From NCBI GenBank assembly GCA_016432285.1, contig CP066682.1:602274-666273 (forward strand): a stretch of 64,000 bases of DNA, given 5' to 3'. The DNA comes from Candidatus Kaiserbacteria bacterium. GTDB lineage: Bacteria; Patescibacteriota; Minisyncoccia; Phycocordibacterales; UBA2100. This document shows positions 36,496-46,736 of the stretch, one piece after another. The notes under the pieces were generated by a model, which was given only the letters and a program-made list of their open reading frames with translations, searched no databases and was not told the DNA's origin. The translations under genes were made by a program, and so were the position numbers. How positions within the stretch are numbered: position 1 is the first letter of the stretch; every line of letters starts with the position of its first letter.

Positions 36496-36558
36496 CAGTC
36501 AGGACCGGGACATGTAGTGCGTTCCTTGTCCTCTTTGAAATCCAACGAGGAATGTGAA

Positions 36559-36798
36559 ATGGCGGATGATGACTCGAATCTCTGTTCGCTCCTGATCAGC
36601 TTTGGCTCTATCGCCAACCCGACGCCGCAACAGCTCGAATACCTGAAGGTGTTGCGGACGATGAGCCACGAGGCGCTGGGTCAGATCGTTCACACAAAGC
36701 TCCGGAAGTACCTGGAGCTCCACGGCGTGAAATGCTTCGAGGAAGCAAACATGGTGCTCCGACGGGCCGACTTCGCTGACGTCAGCGGGAAGCACTAA
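36559..36798 (+). CDS. hypothetical small acidic protein (79 aa)
   Basis: Internal Met of the 36454 ORF with GAGGAA SD; the opposite-strand ORF here is Arg-rich antisense-type. Confidence 0.4.
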   Translation: MADDDSNLCSLLISFGSIANPTPQQLEYLKVLRTMSHEALGQIVHTKLRKYLELHGVKCFEEANMVLRRADFADVSGKH

Positions 36799-36844
36799 GA
36801 TCACCGGCAGAGAGAAGGGGCGGTCCTGCGCGACCGCCCTTTTC

Positions 36845-37738
36845 CTATTCCTCGCTCTCCTGCTCCTCCCCCCCTTTCAATTTGTAGTACACGCGATTCC
36901 CGAAGCGAAGATCCACGTATTCGAGCTCGTTCTCCTTGCCGCGAAGTGTGGGCGAGGAGAGCACAAGCTCGAGATTGCCGACAAGTCCCGGGGAGTCGCT
37001 GCCGTAGGAGACTTTGAGCGCGTACCCTTTTGCGAGCGTGAGCAAAAAATCCTTGTCGGATTCTGCCGACACCTCCCGCACTTCAAATCCCGCCTGTCCG
37101 AGACGCTGCACCAGGGCCTCCACTCCGGCAAACCTCCCCGAGAGAAATGTTTTGCCGATGGGGGGCACTCCCGCCTCAAGATCGCCGCGATAAATCTGCG
37201 CGGTCGCAGGCTGTGTGCTCGTCGCAGAGGCGAAGATAAATCCCTCATCGTCGAGGAGGTAGCACGTTTGCCCCTCGCACCAGCGCGCGTACGGCTCGCG
37301 CTCGGCCACCATCACGGTGATCGCGGTCGCGAGGAGCGATTCGCGCGTTATCGCCGCAGTGCGGATACGAGGGAAGAAGTCGGCGAGCTCCTCTTCGATT
37401 GCGCGTCGCGGATAGAGAAAAATGTTGCTGCGGGAGAGTGCCGTGAAGGCCCCGCTGTAGAGCTTGGTCTCGACGAAGCGGACGATGAGGTTTGTCGGCA
37501 CGGCCTTCGCTCCCGTCACCGCGATCGACTGGATCGTGAATTGCGGGCTGTACGAAAGCCACGAGAGGCCGAAGCCCGCGGCGGCAAGCACGGTGAGCGC
37601 GACGAGGGCGATCAGAGCGCGCGTGCGCCGCCGCCGCCAGCGTAGCGGCGATCTGCGCTTGCCGGAAAACGGAACGAGCGGGAGCGGCACATGAGAGCCC
37701 GCTTTCTTTCTCCGGAGGTCAACGATTTTTGATCTCAT
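36845..37738 (-). CDS. cell-division protein FtsQ/DivIB-like
   Basis: Arg-rich cytoplasmic N-terminus, single TM, POTRA-like then beta domain. Confidence 0.6.
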   Translation of the reverse strand: MRSKIVDLRRKKAGSHVPLPLVPFSGKRRSPLRWRRRRTRALIALVALTVLAAAGFGLSWLSYSPQFTIQSIAVTGAKAVPTNLIVRFVETKLYSGAFTALSRSNIFLYPRRAIEEELADFFPRIRTAAITRESLLATAITVMVAEREPYARWCEGQTCYLLDDEGFIFASATSTQPATAQIYRGDLEAGVPPIGKTFLSGRFAGVEALVQRLGQAGFEVREVSAESDKDFLLTLAKGYALKVSYGSDSPGLVGNLELVLSSPTLRGKENELEYVDLRFGNRVYYKLKGGEEQESEE

Positions 37739-38987
37739 CTTTGCCCATGGCGGCCCGGAGCGCCTCCGGGATCGAGATCGAACCATCGGCCCGCTGATTG
37801 TTCTCGACGATTTGGCAGAGGATGCGCGGTGTCGCGAGCGCGGTGTTGTTCAGGGAGTGGACGTAGCGCACCACCCCCTCGTCGTCGCGGTAGCGGATGT
37901 TGAGACGGCGCGTCTGAAAATCGTGGAAGTACGAAGAGGAGTGCGTCTCGCGATATTTCTTTTCGCTCGGCATCCATGCCTCGATGTCGTACTTCTTCAC
38001 CTGCCCCAAGCCGAGATCTCCCCCGCAGTTGATCACGACGCGGTACGGCAGCTCCAAGGCTTGGAGCAGCTCCTCGGCGTTTTTGGTAATCTCCTCGTGC
38101 CACCGGACAGACTCTTCGTGATTGGCTTCGCAGAGGATCACCTGCTCGTATTTTTGAAACTCGTGGATGCGGAAGATGCCCTTGGTGTCTTTGCCATGAC
38201 TTCCCGCTTCGCGTCGGAAGCACGGAGAGAATGAGAGGAACTTTTTCGGCAGATCTTTTTTGTCGAGAATTTCGTCCATGTAGTAGCCCATGCTCGCCAC
38301 CTCGGCGGTGCCAGCGAGATATTCGCCGTCTTGGGTACGGTAGAGATCCTCCTCGCTCTGCGGCAGGTAGCCAGTGCCGACGAAACTCTCGCGCCGCACG
38401 AGCGATGGGACGATCATGGGCGTAAAGTCCTTCGAGGCAAATTGATCCTGCGCGAAGCGCTCGAGCGCCCAGACGAGCCGCGCGCCATCGTTTTTAAGAA
38501 AGTAGCCGCGAAAGCCGGCGACCTTGGCACCGCGCTCGTAATCGGCCATGTCATGCATCAAAAGAAGCTCACTGTGGCTTTTCGGCTCAAAGTCGAATGC
38601 GGGCTTCGTGCCCCACGCACGCACCTCTTTGTTGTCAGCGTCGGATTCCCCGTCGGGCACCGACATGTCGGGAACGTTCGGCACGAGCACCATGAGCGCG
38701 CGCCACTCCTTCATCGCCTCCTGGAGCGATTCCTCTTCGAGCTTCAGGGTCTCCTTCAGCGATTGCATGCGCGCGATGATCTCGCCGCGCTCCGCATCGC
38801 TTTTGGAGGAAGTGATTTTTTCGGAAGCTGCGTTTTGCTCGGCGCGCTTCTGATCCACGGAGGCCTGAAGCTCGCGGCGCTTGTCGTCAACGGCGATGAG
38901 CCTGTCGAGATCAACGTCGATGCGCTTTTTTTTGGCGCCCGCGGCGACGATCTCTTTGTTTTCCCGAATGAATTTGATGTCGAGCAT
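37719..38987 (-). CDS. serS: seryl-tRNA synthetase
   Basis: 423 aa from MLDIKFIREN; coiled-coil N-arm and class II catalytic core. Confidence 0.9.
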   Translation of the reverse strand: MLDIKFIRENKEIVAAGAKKKRIDVDLDRLIAVDDKRRELQASVDQKRAEQNAASEKITSSKSDAERGEIIARMQSLKETLKLEEESLQEAMKEWRALMVLVPNVPDMSVPDGESDADNKEVRAWGTKPAFDFEPKSHSELLLMHDMADYERGAKVAGFRGYFLKNDGARLVWALERFAQDQFASKDFTPMIVPSLVRRESFVGTGYLPQSEEDLYRTQDGEYLAGTAEVASMGYYMDEILDKKDLPKKFLSFSPCFRREAGSHGKDTKGIFRIHEFQKYEQVILCEANHEESVRWHEEITKNAEELLQALELPYRVVINCGGDLGLGQVKKYDIEAWMPSEKKYRETHSSSYFHDFQTRRLNIRYRDDEGVVRYVHSLNNTALATPRILCQIVENNQRADGSISIPEALRAAMGKDEIKNR

Positions 38988-39023
38988 AGCGGGCGGGTGA
39001 TCGAATGTACAATATATAGTACT

Positions 39024-39887
39024 GTGGCCGACGATTTGCGACAACTCACGCGTAGCGACTTCCCGCCGCTTCTGCGGGAGATACCAGATGCGCCCAAAAA
39101 ACTCTACGTGCGCGGTACCCTGCCGGATGCAGACCGACGCTGGCTCGCGGTCGTTGGCTCGCGCGCGCTCACGCCGTACGGCAGCGCGGTCTGCAAACAC
39201 CTGATCGAAGGCCTCCGGGGCTATCCCATCGTGATCGTGTCGGGGCTCGCATACGGCGCGGATGCGGCGGCGCACCGCGCGGCGCTCGAGTGCGACATCC
39301 CGACGGTGGCCGTGCCCGGGTCTGGCCTCAGCTGGAGCGCGCTTTATCCCCGCGCGCATGTCAACCTCGCGAGACAGATCGTGGAGGCAGGCGGCGCACT
39401 CATGTCGGAAGAAGAGCCGGAAACGAAGGCTGCCGACTGGACCTTCCCCAAGCGCAATCGCGTGATGGCGGGGCTTTGCCGCGCGACGCTCATCATCGAG
39501 GCCAAGGAGCAATCGGGCTCCCTCATCACGGCGAGGCTCACCACCGAATACAACCGTGAGCTCCTCGTCGTGCCCGGCTCGATCTTCAGCAGCGAAAGCA
39601 AGGGCACGCATCAATTCCTCCGGCTCGGCGCCACGCCGATCACCTCGCCAGAAGACATTCTCGTGGCACTCGGCATAGAAAAGCGGGAGGGCGAAAACCT
39701 CGCTTCGCTCCGCGAGGATCTTTCTGAAGAAGAGAGGCGCGTTATTGCACTCATCGGTAATCCGCTTTCCCGCGAGGATCTCATCGAAGCGCTCGCGCTG
39801 CCGATTACGGAGGCCAACGTGCTTCTCTCCACGATGGAAATCAAGGGACTCATCGCGGAGGAGCTGGGAGTCGTGCGCGTACGGTAA
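39024..39887 (+). CDS. dprA: DNA-processing protein DprA/Smf (start uncertain, GTG assumed)
   Basis: Rossmann-like DprA core (LYVRGxL, GLAxGxDxxAH, AxxxxRNRVMAGL) plus C-terminal winged helix. Confidence 0.8.
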   Translation: MADDLRQLTRSDFPPLLREIPDAPKKLYVRGTLPDADRRWLAVVGSRALTPYGSAVCKHLIEGLRGYPIVIVSGLAYGADAAAHRAALECDIPTVAVPGSGLSWSALYPRAHVNLARQIVEAGGALMSEEEPETKAADWTFPKRNRVMAGLCRATLIIEAKEQSGSLITARLTTEYNRELLVVPGSIFSSESKGTHQFLRLGATPITSPEDILVALGIEKREGENLASLREDLSEEERRVIALIGNPLSREDLIEALALPITEANVLLSTMEIKGLIAEELGVVRVR

Positions 39888-39960
39888 GCGAAGGCGACGC
39901 TTGACGTGTGATAGGCTTTTGAAGTATCACTACGCCTCGAACGTCTCACGTTCACAGACT

Positions 39961-42126
39961 ATGAAATTGGTTATCGTAGAATCGCCGTCGAAAGCGAAAA
40001 CCATCGAGAAGTATCTCGGGGGCGATTTTACCGTGCGCGCCTCCGTCGGACACATCCGCGACCTCCCCAAGAGCAACAAAGACGCCGTGGACGTGGAGGC
40101 GGGATTCGTGCCGCGCTACCAGATCGTGAAGGAAAAGCAGAAGGTCATAGACGAGCTGCACCGCGAGGCAGAAAAGGCCGACGAGGTGATCCTCGCCACC
40201 GACCCCGACCGCGAAGGTGAAGCGATCGCGTGGCACCTTTCGGAGACCATCGGCCTCAAATCGCCGAAGCGCATCGTTTTTAATGAGATCACCGAGAGCG
40301 CCGTGCAGCACGCGCTTCAGAATCCGCGCGCCATCGACGACGAGCTCGTAAAAGCGCAGGAGGCGCGGCGCGTGCTGGATCGCCTCTTCGGGTACGACCT
40401 CTCCGGACTCATTTGGAAAAAAGTGCGCTACGGCCTTTCGGCGGGTCGCGTGCAGTCCCCCGCGCTTCGCATTCTCATGGAACGCGAGCGCGAAATTCGC
40501 GCGTTCGTGCCGGAAAAATTTTGGGTCCTCTCCGCCGACGTGAAAACGAAGAAGGGCGAACAGTTCACGGTCATCTGTGCGGAAGAGCCGAAGACAGCGG
40601 AGGAAGCAGAGCGCGTCCTGAAAGCCGCCGAGGGCGGAAAGTGGAGCGTGATCGATGTCGAGGAATCCGAAGCCTCGCGTACGCCGCGTGCGCCCTTTAC
40701 CACCTCCACGCTCCAGCAGGCCGCCTCGACACGGCTCGGCTATTCGCCCTCGCGCACCATGCGAATCGCGCAGAAGCTCTACGAAGCCGGCTTCATTACC
40801 TACATGCGCACCGACAGCCCAAATCTCGCCAAAGAGGCGCAGGCCGCGCTCATCGCAACGGCCCGCAAGGAATTCGGCGAACAGTACGTGGCACCGCGCG
40901 TCTTCAAGACGAAATCCAAGAGCGCGCAGGAAGCGCATGAGGCCGTGCGCCCCACGAATCCCGGCAAACGCTCCGCAGGCGCCAACGACGAACAGAAGAA
41001 ACTGTACGAGCTGATTCGCGCCCGCGCGCTCGCTTCCCAGATGGCCGACGCCAAGATGCTCCGGACGAAGATCATCGCAAACGTCGAGGGAAGCCCCATT
41101 CCTGATTTCGCTGCCAACGGCTCTCGAGTCATCTTCGACGGCTGGCTCGCGGCCGACCCGGCGGCGCGCGGCGAAGACGTGGAGCTGCCAAAGGTTGCCG
41201 CCAAGGATCCGCTCACGCTCATGGCGGCGCATTCGGAGGAAAAGGAAACACAGCCGCCGGCACGGTATTCGGAAGCAGGGCTCGTGAAAGAACTTGAAAA
41301 GCGCGGCATCGGTCGCCCCTCCACCTACGCGAGCATCATCAAGACGCTCGAGGATCGCGGCTACGTGGAAAAACAGGGCCGCACCCTGATCCCGACGCAC
41401 ACCGGCGACGTGGTCTCCTCCTTCCTCGAAGATCACTTCAAGGAGTACATCAGCGACACCTTCACCGCGGAGATGGAAGATGAGCTCGACCAGATCGCGG
41501 AAGGCAAGCGGGAGTACGAAAAAACGCTACGTGATTTCTATGCGCCCTTCACGAAAGCAGTGAAGAGCAAGAACAAAATCGAGAAGCTCACCAACATGGG
41601 CGATGCGCCGCCGGAATTCCCCTGCCCCATCTGCAAAGGCCCCATGGTTTACAAGCTCTCGCGCACTGGCCGTTTCATGAGCTGCGCGCGTTTCCCCGAA
41701 TGCCTCGGTGCGCGCAAGGAAGACGGTAGCGAAATTGCGCCTCCAAAAGAGATCGGAGAAAACTGCCCGCAGTGCAAGGACGGCAAGCTCATCGAGCGCG
41801 AGGGCCGCTTCGGGCGATTTATCGCCTGCTCCAACTACCCGAAATGCAAATTCGTGAAGCAGGACCCGGCCGAAGCCGAGCGCGCTAAGACCGGCGTGCC
41901 GTGCCCCGTCTGCAAAAAAGGTGAAATGGTGGAGCGTCGCGGGCGCTTCGGCCCGTTCTTTTCCTGCTCCAACTACCCCGAGTGCAGAAACGCCATCAAG
42001 GCACGCCCTACAGGAAAAATCTGCGAGATGTGCGGATCCCTCATGATGGCGGGGACCAAAACGATTCCCGAGAGATGCAGCAATAAAACCTGTCCGATGC
42101 ACAATCCGCATAAGCTCACGAAGTAA
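39961..42126 (+). CDS. topA: DNA topoisomerase I
   Basis: MKLVIVESPSKAKTIEKYLG Toprim start, catalytic Tyr region, four C-terminal Cys4 zinc ribbons. Confidence 0.9.
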   Translation: MKLVIVESPSKAKTIEKYLGGDFTVRASVGHIRDLPKSNKDAVDVEAGFVPRYQIVKEKQKVIDELHREAEKADEVILATDPDREGEAIAWHLSETIGLKSPKRIVFNEITESAVQHALQNPRAIDDELVKAQEARRVLDRLFGYDLSGLIWKKVRYGLSAGRVQSPALRILMEREREIRAFVPEKFWVLSADVKTKKGEQFTVICAEEPKTAEEAERVLKAAEGGKWSVIDVEESEASRTPRAPFTTSTLQQAASTRLGYSPSRTMRIAQKLYEAGFITYMRTDSPNLAKEAQAALIATARKEFGEQYVAPRVFKTKSKSAQEAHEAVRPTNPGKRSAGANDEQKKLYELIRARALASQMADAKMLRTKIIANVEGSPIPDFAANGSRVIFDGWLAADPAARGEDVELPKVAAKDPLTLMAAHSEEKETQPPARYSEAGLVKELEKRGIGRPSTYASIIKTLEDRGYVEKQGRTLIPTHTGDVVSSFLEDHFKEYISDTFTAEMEDELDQIAEGKREYEKTLRDFYAPFTKAVKSKNKIEKLTNMGDAPPEFPCPICKGPMVYKLSRTGRFMSCARFPECLGARKEDGSEIAPPKEIGENCPQCKDGKLIEREGRFGRFIACSNYPKCKFVKQDPAEAERAKTGVPCPVCKKGEMVERRGRFGPFFSCSNYPECRNAIKARPTGKICEMCGSLMMAGTKTIPERCSNKTCPMHNPHKLTK

Positions 42127-42179
42127 CGCTGCTCTCGCCCGATTTGCGAAGCTGCCGCGCGGCAGTATGATCAATTTCT

Positions 42180-43724
42180 ATGGCTCCCGCTGCTGCGCGC
42201 CCCCTCCCAGACATCCTCGCGGCGATGGCGAGCAAAACAGATGCCGATACTGCGCTCGTAAAGAAAGCGTACGAGTTTTCGAAGGAAGCGCACAAAGATC
42301 AAAGGCGCTTCTCGGGCGAGCCCTATTTCTTCCATCCGGCGGAGGTCGGCTTTTTTCTTGCGGAAGCGGGCATGGACGCGGAAGCGATCGCCGCGGGGCT
42401 CCTCCACGACACGATTGAGGACGCGGGCGTGAAGCCGCAAAGCATCTCAGACGAATTCGGCGCCAGCGTCTTGCGGCTCGTGGAGGGCGTGACGAAGCTC
42501 GGCACGCTTCGATACCGCGGACTCGAGCGGCACACGGAGAGTCTCCGCAAGCTCTTTGCGGCGACCGCGAAGGACATCCGTGTCTTGATCATCAAGCTCA
42601 TGGATCGCCTCCACAACGCACGCACCCTGGAGCATGTGCCGCGTCCCGAAAAGAGAATCCGCATCGCGCTTGAGACGCTTGAGATCTACGCCCCGATCGC
42701 GGACCGGCTCGGTATGAGCGTGACGAAACAGGAGCTGGAGGACGCGGCTTTCCCCCACGCCTATCCCGAGGATTACAAAAAGATGCTCTCGCTTCTCAAA
42801 GAGCGCGGCGGCGAGCGCGAGAAGCGCATGGAGAAAGTCGAGCGCGACCTGAAGCGCGAGCTCGGGCAGGCGGGCGTCCGCAACTTCCGCACCGAGGCGC
42901 GCATCAAGGGCACCTACAGCCTCTTCCGCAAACTACAGCGGAAGAATTGGGACATCGACAAGATCTACGACGTGCTCGCGCTTCGCGTGATCTTCCCTGC
43001 GGTCGCTGATTGCTACACCGCGCTCGGCATCATCCACGCGCAGTGGCGGCCGGTCCCGGGCAAGATCAAAGACTACATCGCCTTCCCGAAACCCAACGGC
43101 TACCAGTCGATTCACACGACCGTGTACACGGGAGATGGGAGCGCGCTCGAGATTCAGCTCCGTACCGAGGCGCAGCACCGCGAGGCGCAATACGGCATCG
43201 CCTCACACCTCACCTACAAAGAGGCGCAGAGCGGATCCGGCGGCGGGCGCGGAGGACTCGACTGGGTGCGGCAGTTTTTCCCTGCATGGCGCAAGAGCGC
43301 CAAGGACCCGGGCGCAGCGCCGGTGCGCGGCACGGTGCCCGATTGGGTGAAGGAGCTCGCCCACGCCGATCAGGTAGAGGCTTCGGAGGAGTATCTCGAT
43401 ACCCTTAAGACCGACTTTTTCAGCCACCGCGTCTTCGTCTTTACCCCGAAGGGCGACGTGATCGATTTGCCGATCCACGCGACGCCGATCGATTTCGCGT
43501 ACGCCGTGCACTCAGATCTCGGCAACAAGATGTCGGGAGCGCGCGTCAACGGAAAGATGGTCTCGCTCGACACCGAGCTCCGCAATGGCGACGTGGTGCA
43601 GGTGGTTACAAAGCCCTCCGCGAAGCCATCGCGCAAGTGGATCGACAACGCCAAAACCAACATGGCAAAAAAGCACATCCGCGCCGCGCTCTCCGCGCTC
43701 CAGAAAAACGAACCTAAACGGTGA
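42180..43724 (+). CDS. rel: bifunctional (p)ppGpp synthetase/hydrolase, short form
   Basis: HD domain (HDTIED), RelA/SpoT synthetase domain, TGS domain; no C-terminal ACT/RRM region; start may be Met 16 (42225). Confidence 0.85.
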   Translation: MAPAAARPLPDILAAMASKTDADTALVKKAYEFSKEAHKDQRRFSGEPYFFHPAEVGFFLAEAGMDAEAIAAGLLHDTIEDAGVKPQSISDEFGASVLRLVEGVTKLGTLRYRGLERHTESLRKLFAATAKDIRVLIIKLMDRLHNARTLEHVPRPEKRIRIALETLEIYAPIADRLGMSVTKQELEDAAFPHAYPEDYKKMLSLLKERGGEREKRMEKVERDLKRELGQAGVRNFRTEARIKGTYSLFRKLQRKNWDIDKIYDVLALRVIFPAVADCYTALGIIHAQWRPVPGKIKDYIAFPKPNGYQSIHTTVYTGDGSALEIQLRTEAQHREAQYGIASHLTYKEAQSGSGGGRGGLDWVRQFFPAWRKSAKDPGAAPVRGTVPDWVKELAHADQVEASEEYLDTLKTDFFSHRVFVFTPKGDVIDLPIHATPIDFAYAVHSDLGNKMSGARVNGKMVSLDTELRNGDVVQVVTKPSAKPSRKWIDNAKTNMAKKHIRAALSALQKNEPKR

Positions 43725-44688
43725 AGTTGCGGATCGAGTAGAGGTCGTCCTGCGCTTTTTCCTCCTGCTGCTCTTTCGCTTGCGGCTCCTCCGCTTGCGA
43801 AATCTCCTCCTGGATTTCTGGGATTTCGCCCGTGGCAGCGGCAACAGCAGACGGCGAGGCAGCCGCCTCTTTCAGCGTCAGCATGGAGCGGATGTGCGCG
43901 AGGTCGTCCACAGAGAAAAAGTCGATGAGTACCTTGCCACCCTGGTCCTTCTTCTCGATCCTGACGCGCGTGCCGAGCTTTTCGGTGAGCTCACGCTCCA
44001 GAAGCAGGAGCTCGGGCGTAAGGTCGCCCTTGCGGATCCGCTCGGTGGCGACTCGTCGCGCAAGCTGCTCCGCGTCGCGGACGTTGAGCTTGCGGGTGAT
44101 GATGTCGGTGTACAGCGTTTTTTGCTCGGCGGGCCTGTCGGAGAGCATGAGGAGGGGGCGTGTGTGGCCCTCGTTGATCGAGCCTCCTGAGAGCGCCTGC
44201 TGCATCTCCTCGGGGAGCATGAGAATGCGGAGCGTGTTGGATACGTACTCGCGGCTCTTGCCGACGCGCTTGCCGATGTCGACGTGCTTGAGGCCAAACT
44301 CGTTGGCGAGCCGCTGGAAGGCTTTCGCACGGTCGAGCGCGTTGAGATCCTCGCGCTGGAGATTTTCGATGATCGCGAGTTCGAGCTTCATGCGGTCGGT
44401 ATCTTCGGCGCTCCGGATCACGATCGGGACATTCAGGATCCCCGCGAGCTTCGCGGCTCGGAGGCGGCGCTCACCCGCGATCAGTTCGTACTCGACGAAG
44501 ATCCCCTCGCCCGGGCGCTCGATCTCTTTGCGGGTAACCGTAAGCGGCTGCAAGACTCCGTAGCTGCGGATCGATTCGGCGAGCGAGGTAAGCGCCGCGT
44601 CGTCGAAGACTTTGCGTGGCTGGAAGGGGTTGGGCTTGATCCGATCCACCTCCACCCAGAATATCGAGTCGTTGTAGTAGGACGACAT
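43714..44688 (-). CDS. parB: ParB/Spo0J-family protein
   Basis: ParB box GERRxRA, HTH, C-terminal dimerisation region; no adjacent parA. Confidence 0.85.
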   Translation of the reverse strand: MSSYYNDSIFWVEVDRIKPNPFQPRKVFDDAALTSLAESIRSYGVLQPLTVTRKEIERPGEGIFVEYELIAGERRLRAAKLAGILNVPIVIRSAEDTDRMKLELAIIENLQREDLNALDRAKAFQRLANEFGLKHVDIGKRVGKSREYVSNTLRILMLPEEMQQALSGGSINEGHTRPLLMLSDRPAEQKTLYTDIITRKLNVRDAEQLARRVATERIRKGDLTPELLLLERELTEKLGTRVRIEKKDQGGKVLIDFFSVDDLAHIRSMLTLKEAAASPSAVAAATGEIPEIQEEISQAEEPQAKEQQEEKAQDDLYSIRNFTV

Positions 44689-44725
44689 GCCGCGATTATA
44701 CCATCAGCGAGATTGAAAAAATTTG

Positions 44726-44807
44726 TGCCGGAGGAGGGACTCGAACCCTCACACCTTGCGATACACGATTTTGAGTCGTGCGCGTCTACCAATTCCGCCA
44801 CTCCGGC
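44726..44807 (-). tRNA. tRNA-Leu (anticodon CAA)
   Basis: GCCGGAG...CTCCGGC acceptor, anticodon loop CTCAAAA, long variable arm, GGTTCGAGTCC T-arm. Confidence 0.8.
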
Positions 44808-44837
44808 TTCGCGGCAAATAATACGCTACCAAGCGCA

Positions 44838-45176
44838 TTAGTTGAAGCGATGGCGATTGGCGGCGACGATGCGATAGCCGAGACGGACGAAGAAGTGGAT
44901 CCCCGGCAGGTGGCCGAGCTTCGCGGCCCACCGCCAGCCCGGGTATTGTGCGAGCACGGCGAGGATGCCGTCGGCCCCGCTGTGAATCCTCCCTTTTTCG
45001 TCGACGACATGCACCTCGTGCATCGCCTCTTCCTTGCTGATCCCCGCCCCGAGGTGGCCTTCCGAGGCGTCGACGCTCTCAAAGCGCGATTCCTGCGAGC
45101 CCTTTTGGATTTTGTCGACGAAGCCGCTACACATCGTGCAGGTGCCGTCGTAGTAGATCGTTACTTTCCCGTCCAT
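44838..45176 (-). CDS. DCC1-like thiol-disulfide oxidoreductase (DUF393)
   Basis: IYYDGTCTMC N-terminal CxxC motif; 112 aa. Confidence 0.7.
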   Translation of the reverse strand: MDGKVTIYYDGTCTMCSGFVDKIQKGSQESRFESVDASEGHLGAGISKEEAMHEVHVVDEKGRIHSGADGILAVLAQYPGWRWAAKLGHLPGIHFFVRLGYRIVAANRHRFN

Positions 45177-45199
45177 GCTCCGTATTGTACTGTGCTCTG

Positions 45200-46087
45200 A
45201 TGTTGCAGAAAGTGATCGCTATCGTGGGGCCTACGTCGTCGGGAAAAAGTGCGCTCGCCGTACGACTGGCGAAGCGGTTCAAAGGAGAAGTGATCTCGGC
45301 CGACTCGCGGCAGGTCTACAAAGGTCTCAACATCGGCACCGGCAAGATTAAAAAGCGCGAGATGCGCGGGATCCGGCACCATCTCTTGGACGTGGCTTCG
45401 CCAAAACGGACCTTCACCGCCCACGATTTTATGCGCGAAGCGCAAGAAGCGATCACTATGATATATCAGAGTAAAAAACTTCCGATCGTCGCGGGCGGGA
45501 CGGGCTTTTATATCGATGCGCTTCTTGGGCGAATCTCACTTCCGGACGTGCCTGCGGATCCAAAACTGCGCGCTCGGCTCGAAAGAAAACCACTTGCTGC
45601 ACTCCTCCGGATGCTGAAGGGGCTTGATCCGAAGCGAGCAAAGACCGTCGAGCCCCACAATAAGCGCCGCATCGTGCGGGCAATCGAGATCGCGCTGTCA
45701 GCCCAAAAAACCCCAGAGACCAGGTCTCTGTATAAAACTCTCTGGATCGGGATCGCGCCACCATTTGCCGATCTCGAGCGAGCGATACGGAGCCGCCTCC
45801 GGGAGCGCATTCGCAAGGGGCTCATTCCAGAAGGTGCTCGGCTGCGGAAGCAGGGGCTCTCGTACAAGCGGATGCGGCAGCTCGGGCTTGAGTACGGCGC
45901 TCTCGCCGACTTGCTGGAAGAGATGATTGACAGGAAAGAATTCGAGGAGCGACTCTACCGGCACATCCGTCGGTACGCCAAAAAGCAACTCGCATATTGG
46001 AAACGAAATCGGTCGATCATGTGGTTCGACCCGTCGGATTACGCCCGCATCAAAAAAACAGTCACGAAATTTCTCGCGACGAAATAG
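45200..46087 (+). CDS. miaA: tRNA dimethylallyltransferase
   Basis: IAIVGPTSSGKS P-loop, ISADSRQVYKG motif. Confidence 0.85.
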   Translation: MLQKVIAIVGPTSSGKSALAVRLAKRFKGEVISADSRQVYKGLNIGTGKIKKREMRGIRHHLLDVASPKRTFTAHDFMREAQEAITMIYQSKKLPIVAGGTGFYIDALLGRISLPDVPADPKLRARLERKPLAALLRMLKGLDPKRAKTVEPHNKRRIVRAIEIALSAQKTPETRSLYKTLWIGIAPPFADLERAIRSRLRERIRKGLIPEGARLRKQGLSYKRMRQLGLEYGALADLLEEMIDRKEFEERLYRHIRRYAKKQLAYWKRNRSIMWFDPSDYARIKKTVTKFLATK

Positions 46088-46088
46088 T

Positions 46089-46721
46089 TCAGACCCTGCC
46101 CTTGCTCTCGTTGGCCGCGCGAATCTCTTTGCCGGTGATTTCACCTTCCGGACTCACGTCGTAGATATACACCTCCCCCGTCCCGATTTCGAGCTCCGAT
46201 ATTTTATCGTCAGGGATATCCTCGAGGTGCTTCACGAGCGCGCGCAGCGAGTTGCCGTGCGCCACGACCAGGATGTTCTTGCCCGATTTCAGCTCTGGCA
46301 GAATGTACTGCTCGTAGTATGGGACGACGCGCGCATGGACGTCCTTCAACGTCTCGCCTTCCGGGATCTTTACGTCCCATCCGCGACGTAGCTTCTGAAA
46401 CGCCTCCTCACCAATCTCTTCTTTCACTTCCCACTTGTTCTTGCCGGTGTATACGCCATAGTTCCGTTCCTTGATCGCAGGATGGACAATGCTCTTCATA
46501 GTGGGCTGGTCAATGACACGACAAATCTCCGTAAATGTCTCTTGCGCGCGCTTGAGGTCCGAAATAAAAGCGCAGTCGATGGATATGTCTTGTATCGCCT
46601 TGCCAGCGCGTTGGGCCTCCTTCACTCCCTCTTCGACGAGGCCGATGTCGGTAAAACCCGTCCACTTACCGAGCAAATTCCATTCCGATTTGCCGTGTCG
46701 TATGAGAATAAGTTTCGCCAC
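46089..46721 (-). CDS. gpmA: 2,3-bisphosphoglycerate-dependent phosphoglycerate mutase
   Basis: LIRHGKSEWN signature; GTG start 9 nt downstream of a TATAAT box. Confidence 0.85.
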   Translation of the reverse strand: MAKLILIRHGKSEWNLLGKWTGFTDIGLVEEGVKEAQRAGKAIQDISIDCAFISDLKRAQETFTEICRVIDQPTMKSIVHPAIKERNYGVYTGKNKWEVKEEIGEEAFQKLRRGWDVKIPEGETLKDVHARVVPYYEQYILPELKSGKNILVVAHGNSLRALVKHLEDIPDDKISELEIGTGEVYIYDVSPEGEITGKEIRAANESKGRV

Positions 46722-46730
46722 AGTGCGATT

Positions 46731-46736
46731 ATTATA
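46731..46736 (-). promoter_or_regulatory. -10 box TATAAT 9 nt upstream of gpmA GTG (leaderless-type)
   Basis: no SD between box and start. Confidence 0.35.

Noticed and set aside
38988-39023. T-box or other leader riboswitch for serS (and similarly for lysC at 28528-28567)
   Set aside because: The intergenic spaces are under 40 nt, too short for such elements.
39952-41436. 494-aa minus-strand ORF
   Set aside because: It is antisense to topA, which has unmistakable Toprim and zinc-ribbon motifs on the plus strand.
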